From Eledone cirrhosa (Eukaryota): 64,000 nt of DNA. Position numbers and translations under genes: made by a program. The DNA is taken from NCBI GenBank assembly GCA_964016885.1, contig OZ024741.1, forward strand, positions 345,588,001-345,652,000, given 5' to 3'. The notes under the pieces were generated by a model. The model ran no database searches, was not told the DNA's origin, and was given only the letters and a program-made list of their open reading frames with translations. Shown here piece by piece: positions 1-16,373 of the stretch (its first letter is position 1; every line of letters starts with the position of its first letter).

Positions 1-141
1 TCACAGGTATAGTGTTTGTACCAGAGTTTTCAAGTCGCTGGCTGGACTAAAAAGTCATATTCGTTCAGCGCATCGGTAGGCGTTCTCCTAGATGGATATA
101 AAGTATTAGCCGTACTCGAAAAGAAAACGAGTTGGCAGCCA

Positions 142-242
<101 letters not shown>

Positions 243-243
243 G

Positions 244-275
<32 letters not shown>

Positions 276-402
276 TATATATAAATAATATATATATGGA
301 TATCTCTGTACACACATATATATATATTATGAACAGGTAGATATTTAAATTATTTTTTAATTTATTTAAAGGATTGTTTAATGTTTGTTTGTTCTGCTCA
401 TA

Positions 403-440
<38 letters not shown>

Positions 441-505
441 GTGAGGTTTTTTTTACAAAATGAAAAATAACCGAGGTGTCCTACACGAGTGAAAGTATAA
501 AGAAA

Positions 506-790
506 AAGGGATGAAATCGAAAATGCAACTGGAGTCTTATTTTAAAAAAAATATATATATTTATTTGGTTCCTTTACCGGTTTCGCAGTTCTTCTGCTTT
601 TCAAAAGGTGAGTTGAGATGGAGTTGAGATGGAGGGTCTGTGGTTTTTCTCAGTGAGAAAAACCACAGACCCTCCATCTCAACTCACCTTTTGAAAAGCA
701 GAAGAACTGCGAAACCGGTAAAGGAACCAAATAAATATATACATTTAAAAAAAAAATAAGACTCCAGTTGCATTTTCGATTTCATCCCTT
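506..790. repeat. Fold-back palindrome (centre ~653) of a PLE-type 3' end carrying an HHR in each arm
   Basis: AAGGGATGAAATCG...TTTTTCTCA|G|TGAGAAAAA...CGATTTCATCCCTT; arms are near-perfect reverse complements (left arm has a ~10-bp duplication). Confidence 0.9.
686..724 (+). ncRNA. Minimal type-I hammerhead ribozyme, U3:A8 variant
   Basis: cctt-(t)-TTGAAAA-gcag aagaa ctgc-GAAAC-CG-GTA-aagg: stem I cctt/aagg, stem II gcag/ctgc, palindromic ACCGGT stem III. Confidence 0.75.
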
Positions 791-2118
791 CAGTGTACAG
801 CTATTACCATCATGGGATTAACTGATCTACTTGCCATTCGGATTTTGGCTGCTCTGCGCCTTATCTACCGTCACCTGATACCACTTCCTTGTCGGGATGA
901 TTCCGATTCCGACAAAACTCTACGTATTATACTAAAGCTTGTATTGTATTGACTGTATTCTCTACTGTATACCTCAGGACTTTTTGTGACTCGCACTGAA
1001 TTCGGAACCAGAACTTTACACTAGGTACAATCTGTTACCATTCCATCTCCTCCATCCTCTATATCTGTATCTATATGTACAACTTATATTATCTTACCAC
1101 AACTTGATCTATATTGACTCTTATTTACCTTTATTAATTTTTTTACTATCTCATTAATGTATATTTTATTATTTTATTATTTTCTATTATTTTATTAATG
1201 TATTTTTATCAATGTATTGGTATTTTTTTGTATTATTTTTGTAACTTTTGCACCTTCATAGCCCCCTACCCACCCAAGAACCACACTACCTATAACCCGG
1301 ACTAACTGTGACTTTAAAATAATTTAAAATAATTTTGATCTATTTGCACTTTTCATTGTTTGACTTGTGTGGTGGCTTTTTCCCGGCTGCGCGCTGGGCA
1401 CTCGGAAAGTTCAGCCTTCCTTGAGTGCTCGGAAAAATAAATTTCTTCTCTTTCGGTAAATGAAATTACTCGGAGTGGCTTGCTCTGCCCCAGTCCCACC
1501 GCGCCGCCTGTTTTGGCCGCCCAATTATACCTGTACCTACAAACTCCAGGTTTGGGCACAACTATTAGCTGTATCATGCCTCTATTGACACGTAAATAAA
1601 CCCCTAATGTGTGATTTAATAGTATTCGTGGTATAGACGATGACCTGCCGAAATTGTGGGGTTCCCGCTAGCGATCCCGGGGTCAAAGTTAGCTACGTCC
1701 CTAGAGTACTCGAAAAAATTAATTTCCATTTCTTTCGCTGGACGATACCACTCGAGACTGGCTGACTCATGGTGGTGGGTGTGCTGGCTGGGACTCCCAA
1801 TCGAAATTTTTACTCTATATCCCATCCTAATATCTTATCGAGTTAAATAAAAAAATTTTTTTCATATAAGACTCTCTCCGTAAGTTCGTTAAATAAATAA
1901 ATCTCGCTACCTCTATTTTTCAATTTACCATTTTGCAATATAATATTTTTAATTTAATTTATTTCATCCTATAACTCGCAACATAAGTTTAGCGTTCCAA
2001 TCTTCGGTTCACACATTAAACCATACAGACACCCACTATAGATTCTTTGGGTAGCATTTTTTTCGCGGCATTTTCTAACATGAATGTAGTTTGACCCTTA
2101 CACTACACTTCTTTCTCC

Positions 2119-2199
<81 letters not shown>

Positions 2200-2380
2200 C
2201 CTTCTTCTTTGACGGAGTGGTGGTAGTACATGATAGGCCTGCGCCCCCTTACCAGATATTCACTGGTAGTTTTCGGTTGCCAACACTTTGAGGGCGGCTG
2301 GCTGTGGAGCTAGTTGGTCAGCCGCCCTCTCTGTCTCTGGTTTTTCGGACCCATGGCTTTTTACATATTCCTTTGTTATA

Positions 2381-2431
2381 TTTCAATACCTGATGATATC
2401 ACTGGATTCATATGGAACCCGGTCATTGAAA
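2381..2431 (+). ncRNA. Degenerate minimal HHR at a PLE-like 3' end
   Basis: tttcaat-ac-CTGATGA-tatcactggattcatat-GGAAC-CCG-GTC-attgaaa; 7-bp stem I; GAAA mutated; AATAAA then (TA)n follow. Confidence 0.55.
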
Positions 2432-2489
2432 TGATTATAGTATAATAAACCTTTCAAGGATTTACACCAGTCCAGCCTCCTGTTATTTC

Positions 2490-2528
<39 letters not shown>

Positions 2529-2644
2529 TTCTCCACGCTTTTGTATATCTCCAATTCCATTCGAGGGAACAGCTAGATGATGTAAAACGGAGTATAAGTA
2601 TCAAAATGAAAATCCGAAGTCAAGGTAAAATTCCAATCATTTAA

Positions 2645-2718
2645 TCACGACACATGTTTCAATAAGAGATAGATCGATTGTGAAGCCATGATCGATTATC
2701 ACTGATCTCATCAGGTGA
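2645..2718 (-). ncRNA. Type-I HHR in the PLE pseudo-LTR
   Basis: Minus strand: tcac-CTGATGA-(extended stem II)-GAAAC-ATGT-GTC-gtga; ACATGT palindrome. Confidence 0.75.
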
Positions 2719-4055
2719 AAATGAATTGTCTTCAAATTCTTGATATGAGGGAGAAAAAATAACGATGTTCTCTCACAGAATTCATTCCCTCATATGGAGA
2801 CACACCTGCCAGTCAGAGACATGGTGACTGCTATTAGCTTTAGTTGAGGTCATAAAAGTTTTCAGATTTCTATCGCTGCAAAAGACGCTGGACATCAATC
2901 AAATCTGTAGGGATACAGTCAGTCACAGTTAAAAGTGAGTGGATAAACACACACTCCACACCTACATACATCGGCTCGAGGTCAAAGAAAAATATATACA
3001 TATATATACACACATCAACTCAGTATTAGCGTGAGTGGGTACACACACACTTTCACACACACCGAAGCGATGTCCGAGAAAAAACAAATATAAGAATGTA
3101 CCAACACAGCACTCACCGAAAGTTACTTCGCAAAGCAACAGAAGCTATGTCGGTCAAATCTCAATTTGACGATGTAAATTGGAAATATTGGGTTAACCAA
3201 CGCTACACACATACACACACACACACACACGCGCGTGCGCGCAAGTAAGTTCAGTTCAGTGTTCTGCTATACGTGTATAGATCCAATTGTAACATCCATA
3301 TCTTCAAGTGTATGTTATGGTATATGGTATATACACATCCGAATCGTCCAAAAAAATGGGGGGGGGGGGGTATGTCCGGGTATATACACATCCATGTGAA
3401 GAGCAACCAATCAGCTCATGTCGAACTCCTTGTGTTGAGAATCCGAGTCACCAAATCCGTGCGTACAAGCAACTGCAATGTGGGCCGGCAAAGGGCTCCG
3501 TGTAGGGTTGGGTATTGGGTAAATGCGTCCGCAAGTGCGATTTCCCGTCACATGGGCCAATGAGCTTTTAAGATAGTTGTTTGAGTGGTGGAGGTGTGTT
3601 ATCCAACACAGAAGGTGAAGTAAGAAAACACAGGACAGTAAAATCCAAAGGATGTGTGTAGGCCCATTAATGGTGTGTCAGTATCGTTGTTCAATCCGTA
3701 ACAGTGAGTCCTCCATGGTTAGATGATCACGCATCAAAACCTGGTGTAGTGTTCAGTCGGTAGGAACGTGACAGTCGTAAATGTGGGAGCTCAATGTCTA
3801 AAGGAAACGGGTACTGTGTGTAGAGTTATGTATAGAGAGCGTAATCGGTCCTAACTAAGTGTGTAATCAATCTAACTATTTACTAGCTAGGTATTCTAAA
3901 AGAGAGCACTCAGCTGTGAGAACTCCGTGGAAACAGGCCGAGTATCGTTTGCAAGTGCGCAAACAATCTTAGCCGTCTAACTACCTAAGTGTGTGACTGT
4001 CCGTTTATTGAGAGAACTCTATGGCTAAAGTAGAGAGGGAGGAGTTATTGGTAGG

Positions 4056-5520
4056 TTACCTTCCAAACATCCTGCGGAAGGTTTTCGAGGTTCTATGTTG
4101 ACAGTTTCTGAAAAAATCTGCTCCTCTATTAATTAATAGGGGGCCGCCTCTAATAATATTGAAAGTTTCAGCTATACATAAATTGCAGACGCCAGTGCTG
4201 CCGTTATAAGATTGGGCTGAACAAACTATGGACCAGGATAAGGAGTGCTCTATATTCTGATGTTTAAGCTTCCAGACTAATTCCGAAAGTGCCGTGCTAT
4301 TTTTCTTATCTAATCTATTAAAGGTATGGCGGTGATTATACCATCTATCCTTAAATTCCGTGGCAGTTGCCCCAACATACATAAAGGTTCTATTAGGAGT
4401 GGAGACCTTACAGTCGTAGACTATGTTTTTGGTAAGGCATTTCCCAGCCATGGGGCAGGTGGCGGTGCTTCTGCAGTGCTTCTGGGTGGTTTCGGATGGG
4501 CCACGGTACCTTTGGGGTCGGGTCTCAGTTCCAGTCTGCTCTATGGGTAAATTCCCTGGGGTTGGGGAGACCCGACTCGCCTCACTTGTATGAGTCAGTT
4601 CCTCAATAGAGCTGCCATTTTCCCTGCCATGCCTAATTCCCTCATTGGCTGTCCTAAGTCTACTATAATTCATCTTAGCTATATTCTGAGCTATGTTACT
4701 AGTTGTGGCGTAGGACAGCTTGATGGTATTTCTATTGAATATTTTATAATATCTGTGCGATCTAGGGAAGCATTTGTCTAAGGCCCTAAAGAAAAGCTTA
4801 GCTATACTAGTGGTCAGGCCAGTGGAGTAAGGGGATTATACGACAGGACTTTTCTGGTCCGATGCCTCTTGTTCCTGCTAACTATATTAGAATTACCTGT
4901 CTCCCTAGTAGTTACTGGCCTATTGTAACTGGAAATTACCTGTGGATCAATGAGGTCCTAGGGTGTCACGATTGTGTTCGGAATCGTCCCAAGTCTCCAG
5001 GGCGGTGTACCCCGTGCGGCTATTGGGGTTACCCTCGATAGCTGGGGTTGTATCCGCTATGCGTCTGCTACACCTGTCCCTATTCCCCCTACTCGACCCT
5101 CGTTCCATACTGCGTTCAACGGTAGTGTTATCGGTTCCACAATTAAGGTTACCATTAGAGTTTCCGCTGGCGTTACGTTGCTCAGACCCAGTGTTAGTAC
5201 CTGGGTGGCTGTTTCTATTAGTACCAACAGCACTGGGACTAGGCGGCAGTACAACATGAAGACTATATGAATCCTCCCTCATATCCCGCCTGCTGTTAAC
5301 TAGAGTGTCACTATTTAGGCCTAAGCTATCGCGAACATTGTTACTTCTACTATTTAATAGACGTTTGAATGAGATTCCATTGCTATGTCCTGCGCGTTCC
5401 AGGGCGCTATTATAGTAATTCGAGATCTTATTAAAGGTATCTACATTGGACGATAGTCCTGAAATTCTACTAGAGACGCTTTTAGTAATACCGTTAGTCA
5501 TTATTCTAGGGTTCTTATTG
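4056..5520 (-). pseudogene. PLE RT thumb/linker plus GIY-YIG endonuclease (1 stop, 2 frameshifts)
   Basis: SVSSRISGLSS..FNK..YYNSALERAGH; YNP(P)YS...DKCFPRSHRYYKIFNRNTIKLSY; CPMAGKCLTKNIVY..YVGAT..FKDRWYNH..CNLC. Confidence 0.85.
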
Positions 5521-5576
5521 AAACATGTGTCGTGATTAAATGATTGGAATTTTACCTTGCCTTCAGATTTTCATTT

Positions 5577-5818
<242 letters not shown>

Positions 5819-5831
5819 ATATATATGTATA

Positions 5832-5877
<46 letters not shown>

Positions 5878-5880
5878 TAC

Positions 5881-6039
<159 letters not shown>

Positions 6040-6096
6040 TATATATACATATATATATATACATATATATATATACACACATATATATATACACAC

Positions 6097-6134
<38 letters not shown>

Positions 6135-6223
6135 ATACATATATATATATATATACATATATTTATATATATTTACACATATATATATATATGTATCATA
6201 TATATATATATATACATGCACTC

Positions 6224-6270
<47 letters not shown>

Positions 6271-7189
6271 AATATATATATATTGTTCTATCACATAGCC
6301 ATGTCGCATCTCTGAACAAACAGGCAAAGGTTGTTTATAGTCTGAAGTCATGACAAACGTCTTCGTACTTTTAATTCCTAGTTCAGAAAGAAGTCTAAAT
6401 ATTTCCAATTATTAATTCAGCATTTTTGTACCATTCACATGTCATGCAATATTCTTTATCTGCTTTCCATCTAGCACTTTAGTGGGCTTTTTCCCTTTTG
6501 GTGCCGATGCAATTATTTATTGTCACGATAGCTTTTACTAGGAGAATTATACAAGAAATGGTTAATATGACATTCATTGAAAATGAAATGTCAGCATTAT
6601 AAAAAATTGCAATATTTAAGAAATGTTCAAACAAATGAAAATGACTGCAACAAATATAACACGAACGACAAAACAGCAACAATTATAAATGTAATTATCA
6701 ACAAATCCAAGCAAAATAATGCTAATACCCTGTCCACTACAAATACAATTTAAACCAAACAAGAATAACAATAACAATGACAATAACAGCATTAAAAACA
6801 GTCAAGACAGAATGATAATTAAACAAAAACAAAAATAGATAAAAAACCAAGCAAACAACGTCAATAGCAGAAGCAACACCAACTTCAACACACTTGCACA
6901 AAATTATGTGTTAACATATCCAATTGATGGTAATCTTCAAACAGACGACAATAGCGCATTAATATCATCAGCAGTCAGTCAACATCAAACACCGCATACA
7001 TTATTATTTGAAAATCCGTCGAATATTTAAGCAGGCGACAATAATAACAACAACAATCACACCACTAGGCAAGAATTGTAAAAAAAAATAATATTAATAT
7101 GACATTTGACGACATAATCTTCAAGAATATGAACAAAAAGAGCTTACCTAACAATAACACCAATAGAAATAACAACACGTCAAGTGTTA

Positions 7190-8110
7190 CAACAAACTAT
7201 ATGTATGAGTGTAAGACCTGCACATAGCATCAACTGAAAATATTCTGGGATGAAAACGAAATGTAGAAGTACTCCCAAGGTAAATACAAGGCAGACATGT
7301 ACCGACTGAAGTACAAAAAACTATATGTACGAGTGTAAGACCTGCAGATAGCATCAACTGAAAATATTTTGGGATGAAAACGAAATGTAGAAGAAGCACT
7401 CCTAAGGTAAATATAAGGCAGACATGTACCGATTGAAGGAACACAAGTGGCTAAGAACCTCCGGACTGAAAGCAGAAATCGGAGGGACTTATAATCGCTG
7501 CACAAAACTAAAAATCTTGCAAATAAACCGTTTCACCTTCGCATCATCAACGATGGAATAGCCCTTTTCTCTCACAGAGTACGATCTCTAGAAAGTACAA
7601 AGAAACCACCGACGACATAGTGTCTGCATGCCTAGAACTAGGGATGTTTGGGTCCAACAGTCTTCAAGATGCAGCACCATGCCTGCACTGGATAATAAGC
7701 AATATTTATAAGATCAGGACGACTTAAAAAGAATACAACCATCAGTCAAACACGGTTATTGACACAAATGATGCCACCATCCTATCGACATGCTTCTCTC
7801 CACTGATAGAGATATAAAAACCAACATAGTTGACATCATTATCAAGGAGTATAATGGGTAAGAGGTACGTATTTATTATTTAAAAATATAGTAATGCCAA
7901 CTGAAATAAACATATGCATATAAGTCACAGAAAAGCCTCCAATCACAAATACATGGAGAACGAAACCAATAGGATGTGTAGCATGAAAGCCAAAATAAAC
8001 CTAGCGGTCATCGTAACACCAGAACCCATGAAAAAATATTATCAATATGTGAAAAACCTAATGAAACTCACTATCAAGAACTGGAAACGGCAACTGAAAG
8101 TTCTGATATG
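7190..8110 (+). pseudogene. Relic of an R4/Dong-clade non-LTR retrotransposon C-terminus (Zn knuckle and REL endonuclease region), with a ~125-bp tandem duplication at 7190-7430
   Basis: Broken frames read HKWLRTSGLKAE..GLIIAAQ, ET.D.IVSAC.EL, LHW, TDRDIKTN..DI, KYMENETNRM.SMKAKI. Confidence 0.7.
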
Positions 8111-8278
8111 AATGGCTTAACTATCAGTCTCCAGTCAATTGGTAAGTAATTCTATTCTATTCTCATCTCCACTACATTAAGCCCAACTCTCCTCTGTTAC
8201 AGGTAACTGAAATTAACAAATATTGTATACATTCTTACACACTGTAATATTGAATAATCTTATAATATATGGTTAAAA

Positions 8279-8369
8279 CATGTTCCGAGGAGCTTCCAAT
8301 TCAAGAGTCAGGTCCAATCATTAATAGATTACTCCTCGAGCTGATCGACAGTGAAACATATGTAATATG
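8279..8369 (+). ncRNA. Degenerate HHR-like motif (CCGAGGA...GAAAC ATAT GTA)
   Basis: catgt/atatg stem I, ACATATGT palindrome, U4 replaced by C; followed by (TA)n. Confidence 0.4.
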
Positions 8370-8578
8370 CAATTAAATATCTATATGATGCAACACTGAT
8401 TCTTTGTTCCCTTATATATTAATACTATATGTATATATATATATATATATATATAGATAAATCTACCAAAATATACGGTAGTGTCCAATCCGTATGAAGA
8501 ACTCAATGTAATCCAAATATCATGAAAAGAGATGTATTCAAAATTTTTTCGATGAAAAGCACAGGAAAACAGTCAAGA

Positions 8579-8823
8579 TAAATTAATAAAAATAATGAAT
8601 AAAAACAAAGAAACAGTTCCTTATATTAAGGATTATTTCTGAAGACAGCATATATATGTGTAGGTATGTATATTCCCTCTGATAGTTTATAAAAATATTA
8701 CATAGATCTATATGATATACATACCAACACACACATATATATCCTAGAAACGATCGTAAAATGATGAATTTTTTAATATAAGGAACTGTTTCTTTGTTTT
8801 TATTCATTATTTTTATTAATTTA
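8579..8823 (+). mobile_element. PLE-type terminal fragment: ~50-bp inverted repeats enclosing an HHR (8632-8765)
   Basis: IR 8579-8629 / 8773-8823; attattt-CTGAAGA-long stem II-GAAAC-GATC-GTA-aaatgat. Confidence 0.7.
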
Positions 8824-8840
8824 TATATATATATATATAT

Positions 8841-10480
<1,640 letters not shown>

Positions 10481-10486
10481 TTATAT

Positions 10487-10632
10487 AGGAAAAGATCCGA
10501 ACGGATCTAGCTATCGAAACGGCCGCAGCTCAGCCGTCGGGGTCCTGACTATTTTCCTATTATCCACTCTACTACCCAAAGTATAGAATAGTGCGTTATG
10601 GTCCACCTGGTTCCTTACGCCACTTCCTTTGT

Positions 10633-10636
<4 letters not shown>
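10487..10636 (+). mobile_element. Short PLE-type terminus family (half-HHR GAAAC-ggc..gcc-GTC plus tail), copy 1
   Basis: Homologous to 20494-20697, 21597-21655, 22063-22200 and 61279-61484; lies in (TA)n. Confidence 0.7.
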
Positions 10637-10691
<55 letters not shown>

Positions 10692-10956
10692 CTTATAACG
10701 TTATATAATATTTAGAGTGTTTTCTGTAATTTTGTTACTGCTTATCATGTTTAGTGAATAGTGTGTAAATATCCAATATCGTGTACACATACAATATTAA
10801 CCCCTATCATCGATTAACTCGGGCAATCAGCTAAAGCCGACACACTCCGCTCCTATTAGGACGGTTCAACAAGGGGTCATATTATATATATATATATATA
10901 TATGGTAGTGAGAGTGTATATGCATGTATATATACATATCACACACACACACACAC

Positions 10957-11000
<44 letters not shown>

Positions 11001-11051
11001 GGTAGTGAGAGTGTATATGCATGTATATATACATATCACACACACACACAC

Positions 11052-11137
<86 letters not shown>

Positions 11138-11178
11138 ATATATGTATATATATATATGTATATATATATATGTATATA

Positions 11179-11223
<45 letters not shown>

Positions 11224-11230
11224 ATATATG

Positions 11231-11281
<51 letters not shown>

Positions 11282-11390
11282 GTACATATATGTATATATA
11301 TATATATATATGTATATATATGTATATATATATATATACATATATATATATGTATATATATGTATATATATGTATATATATATATGTATG

Positions 11391-11421
<31 letters not shown>

Positions 11422-11422
11422 G

Positions 11423-11454
<32 letters not shown>

Positions 11455-11517
11455 TATAACTATATATATATATAACTATATATATATATCTATATATATA
11501 TAGATATATATATATAG

Positions 11518-11551
<34 letters not shown>

Positions 11552-11699
11552 GTATATATATATAACTATATAACTATATATATATATATATATATATAGA
11601 TATATATATAATAAATATATTTATATTATATACTGTATATGCGATATGTATATATACATGCATATACACTCTGGGAGGGAGAATATATATATGCATGTA

Positions 11700-11782
<83 letters not shown>

Positions 11783-12018
11783 GCCTGCATGTATTTGAGT
11801 TTCCGCGTGTGTATTTAGACGGCCCTGTGTAAGATTAATGAGAACTGGGACACTCTAGAGATGTGTAAGGCTGGAGAAGGTGAAGGGGTTGTGGAGAGAA
11901 TAATCTTGACGAATAGATTATGTAATTCATTTAAACACGAATGCAATTCGGTGGGAAATTGACAAAATGCCATGAGACTATGTATATACGTATGTATGTA
12001 TGCTTGCGTATATGTGAG

Positions 12019-12074
<56 letters not shown>

Positions 12075-12075
12075 G

Positions 12076-12126
<51 letters not shown>

Positions 12127-12167
12127 GTATATATATATATGTATATATATATATATGTATGTATATA

Positions 12168-12876
<709 letters not shown>

Positions 12877-13024
12877 ATATATATACATATATGTGTATAT
12901 ATATACATATGCATGACAGAAGATCGTTATGTATATATGTGAATTTATTAATATATTTATATATGTATGTAAATGTGTGCATGTACAATCACACATACAC
13001 ATACACATATTTATGTGTATGTGT

Positions 13025-13578
13025 ATGTGTGTATGAGTGTGTGTCTGTCAGGGTATATATATATATGTATGTGTATGAATGTGTGTCTGTCAGCGTATAT
13101 ATATGTGTGTGTATGAATGTGTGTCTGTCAGGGCATGTATATATATGTGTGTGTATGAATGTGTGTCTGTCAGGGCATGTATATATGTGTGTGTATGAAT
13201 GTGTGTCTGTCAGGGTATATATATATGTATGTGTATGAATGTGTGTCTGTCAGCGTATATATATATATGTATGTGTATGAATGTGTGTCTGTCAGCGTAT
13301 ATATATGTGTGTGTATGAATGTGTGTCTGTCAGGGCATGTATATATGTGTGTGTATGAATGTGTGTCTGTCAGCGTATATATATGTATGTGTATGAATGT
13401 GTGTCTGTCAGCGTATATATATGTGTGTGTATGAATGTGTGTCTGTCAGGGCATGTATATATGTGTGTGTATGAATGTGTGTCTGTCAGGGCATGTATAT
13501 CTGTGTGTGTATGAATGTGTGTCTGTCAGCGTATATATGTGTGTGTGTGTGAATGTGTGTCTGTCGGGGCATGTATAT
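13025..13578. repeat. Minisatellite, ~34-38-bp unit
   Basis: GTGTATGAATGTGTGTCTGTCAG(GGCAT/C)GTATATAT repeated ~15 times. Confidence 0.9.
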
Positions 13579-14242
13579 CTTGCTTGCATGCGCTTCGAGA
13601 TAGTGATGGAATTCACTTAATGGAATGATGTAACTTAGCAACAATACTCCACATAACATCTATTTTGCAATCTATCTGCTCATCTATCTTTCCACATACA
13701 CTTCTATTAGTGTCTTTATCTCCCTCTCTCTCACCCCCCCTCTCTCTCTCTCCCCCTCTCTCTCTCTCACTGTCCTCTTCTCTCCCTCACTGTCTCTTTC
13801 TCGCTCTCCTCCTCTCTCCCCCACCGTCTCTCTCTCTCTCTCACGCCCCACTGTCTCTCTCTGTCTCTCCCCCACTCTCTCTTTCTCTCTCACTCTCTCT
13901 GTCTCTCACCCCCACTGTCTCTCACCCCCACTGTCTCTCTCTTTGTCTCTCAACCCCCCTGTCTATCTCTCTGTCTCTCACTCTCCTCCTCTCTCCACCA
14001 CTGTCTCTCTCTCTCACTCTCACCCCCTCTCTCTCACTGTCATCCTCCCCCATTGTCTCTCTCTCTCACTCTCTTCCCCCACTGTCTCTCTCTCACTCAC
14101 TCTCCTCCTATCTCCCCCACTGTCTCTCGCTCTTACTCTCATCCTCCCCCCTCTCTCTCTCACTGTCATCCCCCACTCTCTCTCTCACTCTCCTCCTCTC
14201 TCCCCCACAGTCTGTCTCTCTCTCACACTCTCACCCCCTCTC

Positions 14243-14337
<95 letters not shown>

Positions 14338-14555
14338 CTGGGATGGACACACGCGTATAACTTGCTGAGTAAGTTCTGTTTAAATTTCTATAGAAATTCT
14401 TGTCTGATAACTTTAATTTTTGTACCATTTTGTAGAGGGACTGCCAGGTCAAACTTTGATCTGGTCAGTCTCTCAAAATATTCTACGCCTTTAGGCGAAA
14501 TAGTTAAACAAAAAAAAAAAAGTTTTTTCTTGTTGAAAAGTCAATATTTTTTTAA

Positions 14556-16349
14556 ATGGCCGAAGCTTCTTCACCAAAATTCGAAGGAGGAAAGGGGAAG
14601 ATGAACTTACAGCTTCCCCCTGCCACTGTCACAGTAGCAGAGGTCAAGAAGAAAGGTCAGCCAGAAGAAGAATTCTCTTCACCTGTTAACCGACAACTTG
14701 ACGTTGCCATGGCAACAACCCAAAGAATCAGCAGCAACAGCAACAACAACAACAATGCGACGGACGAAAACAACACCAATAACAATAACAATAACAACAA
14801 CAACAAGACCAATAACGGTGACAACAACAACAATGATAACAACAACACCACCAACGACAACAACAACAACACAAACAAACAAAATTTCTCCTTCGCCGAG
14901 ACGACAAGGAAAACCCTCGACTATCTGCCAGTAGATATAACAAAAGCGAAGGAGCTACTGGCGGATGCGAAAAAATATATAGTGTACGGGGAAAATGGTT
15001 CATTCACAATCCATTCCCCCCCGGAACTAAAAAGCCAGAGACTCCTAAACACGGTCATGTTTAGGACAATCTCGAACAAAAGTAAAAAACCAGCTCAACC
15101 ATCACAGAGCGAGATAGAGCTGGTTTTAAAAGACGTCATGAAGGACATCACCTTCATTCAGAAGGATAGACTCTACGGGAGTCTATCCATTCTCATGAAG
15201 GACAGGGACACAGCAGTGAAACTGTCCATCAAACCAATCACATCCACCGCATACACCTTCTACCCTACGTACATGGGTAGAAGAACACAAAAAATAAAAA
15301 TCCACACCATCCTGCCGATTATGGACATATGGTGGGTTTTGACAGGTTTTCTGGACCTGGAGGATGACATGCTGGTGTCCATGGGAAAGGCATCGGGTGA
15401 CGCGTTCAGTGGAACGAGCCTCGAACTTGTAGTTCAAATGAGGCCCGAAAGGATCGCCCAGATCCCTGAACGCGTCATACTGGATGATCTAACCTTCATC
15501 AACATTACCGTTGAGGGTAGACGGCCCTCGTGTTACCTCTGCGGAACCAGAGGTCACCTGAGGGCTGTCTGTCCCCAACTTAATAAGAAAACCCCAATCC
15601 TGCCTACACCACCAACAACTGCACAACCAACACAATCACCACAACTACCACTACAAAAACAACCACCACAGCTCAAACCAAAACAAAACAATGTCCAACC
15701 CATCCCCTCCACTCAAAAAACAAAAACAATTTCCAAAACACCCGTACCGCAAACACAACCCGAAAATATACCCCTCCCCTCCAACGCGGAAGATGACCCT
15801 AGTTCGTCGTCAGACGAGGAGGAGCACTTCCACACAATCAAAAGAAAAAAAAGAAAACACACCTCAGACACACAAATGAAAAAAACCCCTCCCCAAAACA
15901 TAACACTGACACCAACACAAAAGAGCTCACAACAGCAAACAAAAAACACCACACAAAAACAAAAACATGCATACACATACATAAATACAAGAAACAAAAA
16001 ACTGTTAAACATTGTGTACAACAACAATCTAATAAAAACACAAGGGCCTAACTTCACCCAGGCAGGGGATTTCCCCCACCTCAAAATGATTAAGGCCCCA
16101 CAGGACACCTATAAAACTTTAAAAAACAATTTTAAAGAGGACGTGGGTCCCCCCTGCGTCGGGCCCATTAACCGCGTCCTCCTAAAAAACTATCCCACCC
16201 CCTCCCCAAACACCCACACAACTCCAAGCTCCCCAACCACACAACACACTGATGCCCCCACACTTCCACAAACCACCACCCCACCCAACAACCCATCCCC
16301 CACCCTAATGGAAATTGTGCAGCCCGATACCCGGGACGCAGAGAGGTAA
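14556..16349 (+). CDS. Tx1 ORF1 (gag-like nucleic-acid-binding protein)
   Basis: 597-aa open frame; CCHC knuckle CYLCGTRGHLRAVC; N-rich and P/T/Q-rich low-complexity regions. Confidence 0.9.
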   Translation: MAEASSPKFEGGKGKMNLQLPPATVTVAEVKKKGQPEEEFSSPVNRQLDVAMATTQRISSNSNNNNNATDENNTNNNNNNNNNKTNNGDNNNNDNNNTTNDNNNNTNKQNFSFAETTRKTLDYLPVDITKAKELLADAKKYIVYGENGSFTIHSPPELKSQRLLNTVMFRTISNKSKKPAQPSQSEIELVLKDVMKDITFIQKDRLYGSLSILMKDRDTAVKLSIKPITSTAYTFYPTYMGRRTQKIKIHTILPIMDIWWVLTGFLDLEDDMLVSMGKASGDAFSGTSLELVVQMRPERIAQIPERVILDDLTFINITVEGRRPSCYLCGTRGHLRAVCPQLNKKTPILPTPPTTAQPTQSPQLPLQKQPPQLKPKQNNVQPIPSTQKTKTISKTPVPQTQPENIPLPSNAEDDPSSSSDEEEHFHTIKRKKRKHTSDTQMKKTPPQNITLTPTQKSSQQQTKNTTQKQKHAYTYINTRNKKLLNIVYNNNLIKTQGPNFTQAGDFPHLKMIKAPQDTYKTLKNNFKEDVGPPCVGPINRVLLKNYPTPSPNTHTTPSSPTTQHTDAPTLPQTTTPPNNPSPTLMEIVQPDTRDAER

Positions 16350-16373
16350 GTGCCTTTTCTCTTCACCACCAAC

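Noticed and set aside
1353-1850. GC-richer stretch with short ORFs
   Set aside because: No recognisable protein motif; probably the non-coding body of a repeat.
4947-4949. In-frame TGA in the Naiad-type ORF as possible selenocysteine
   Set aside because: It lies in a low-complexity linker rather than at a conserved Cys and is followed by a frameshift/TAG; the endonuclease cysteines are ordinary codons.
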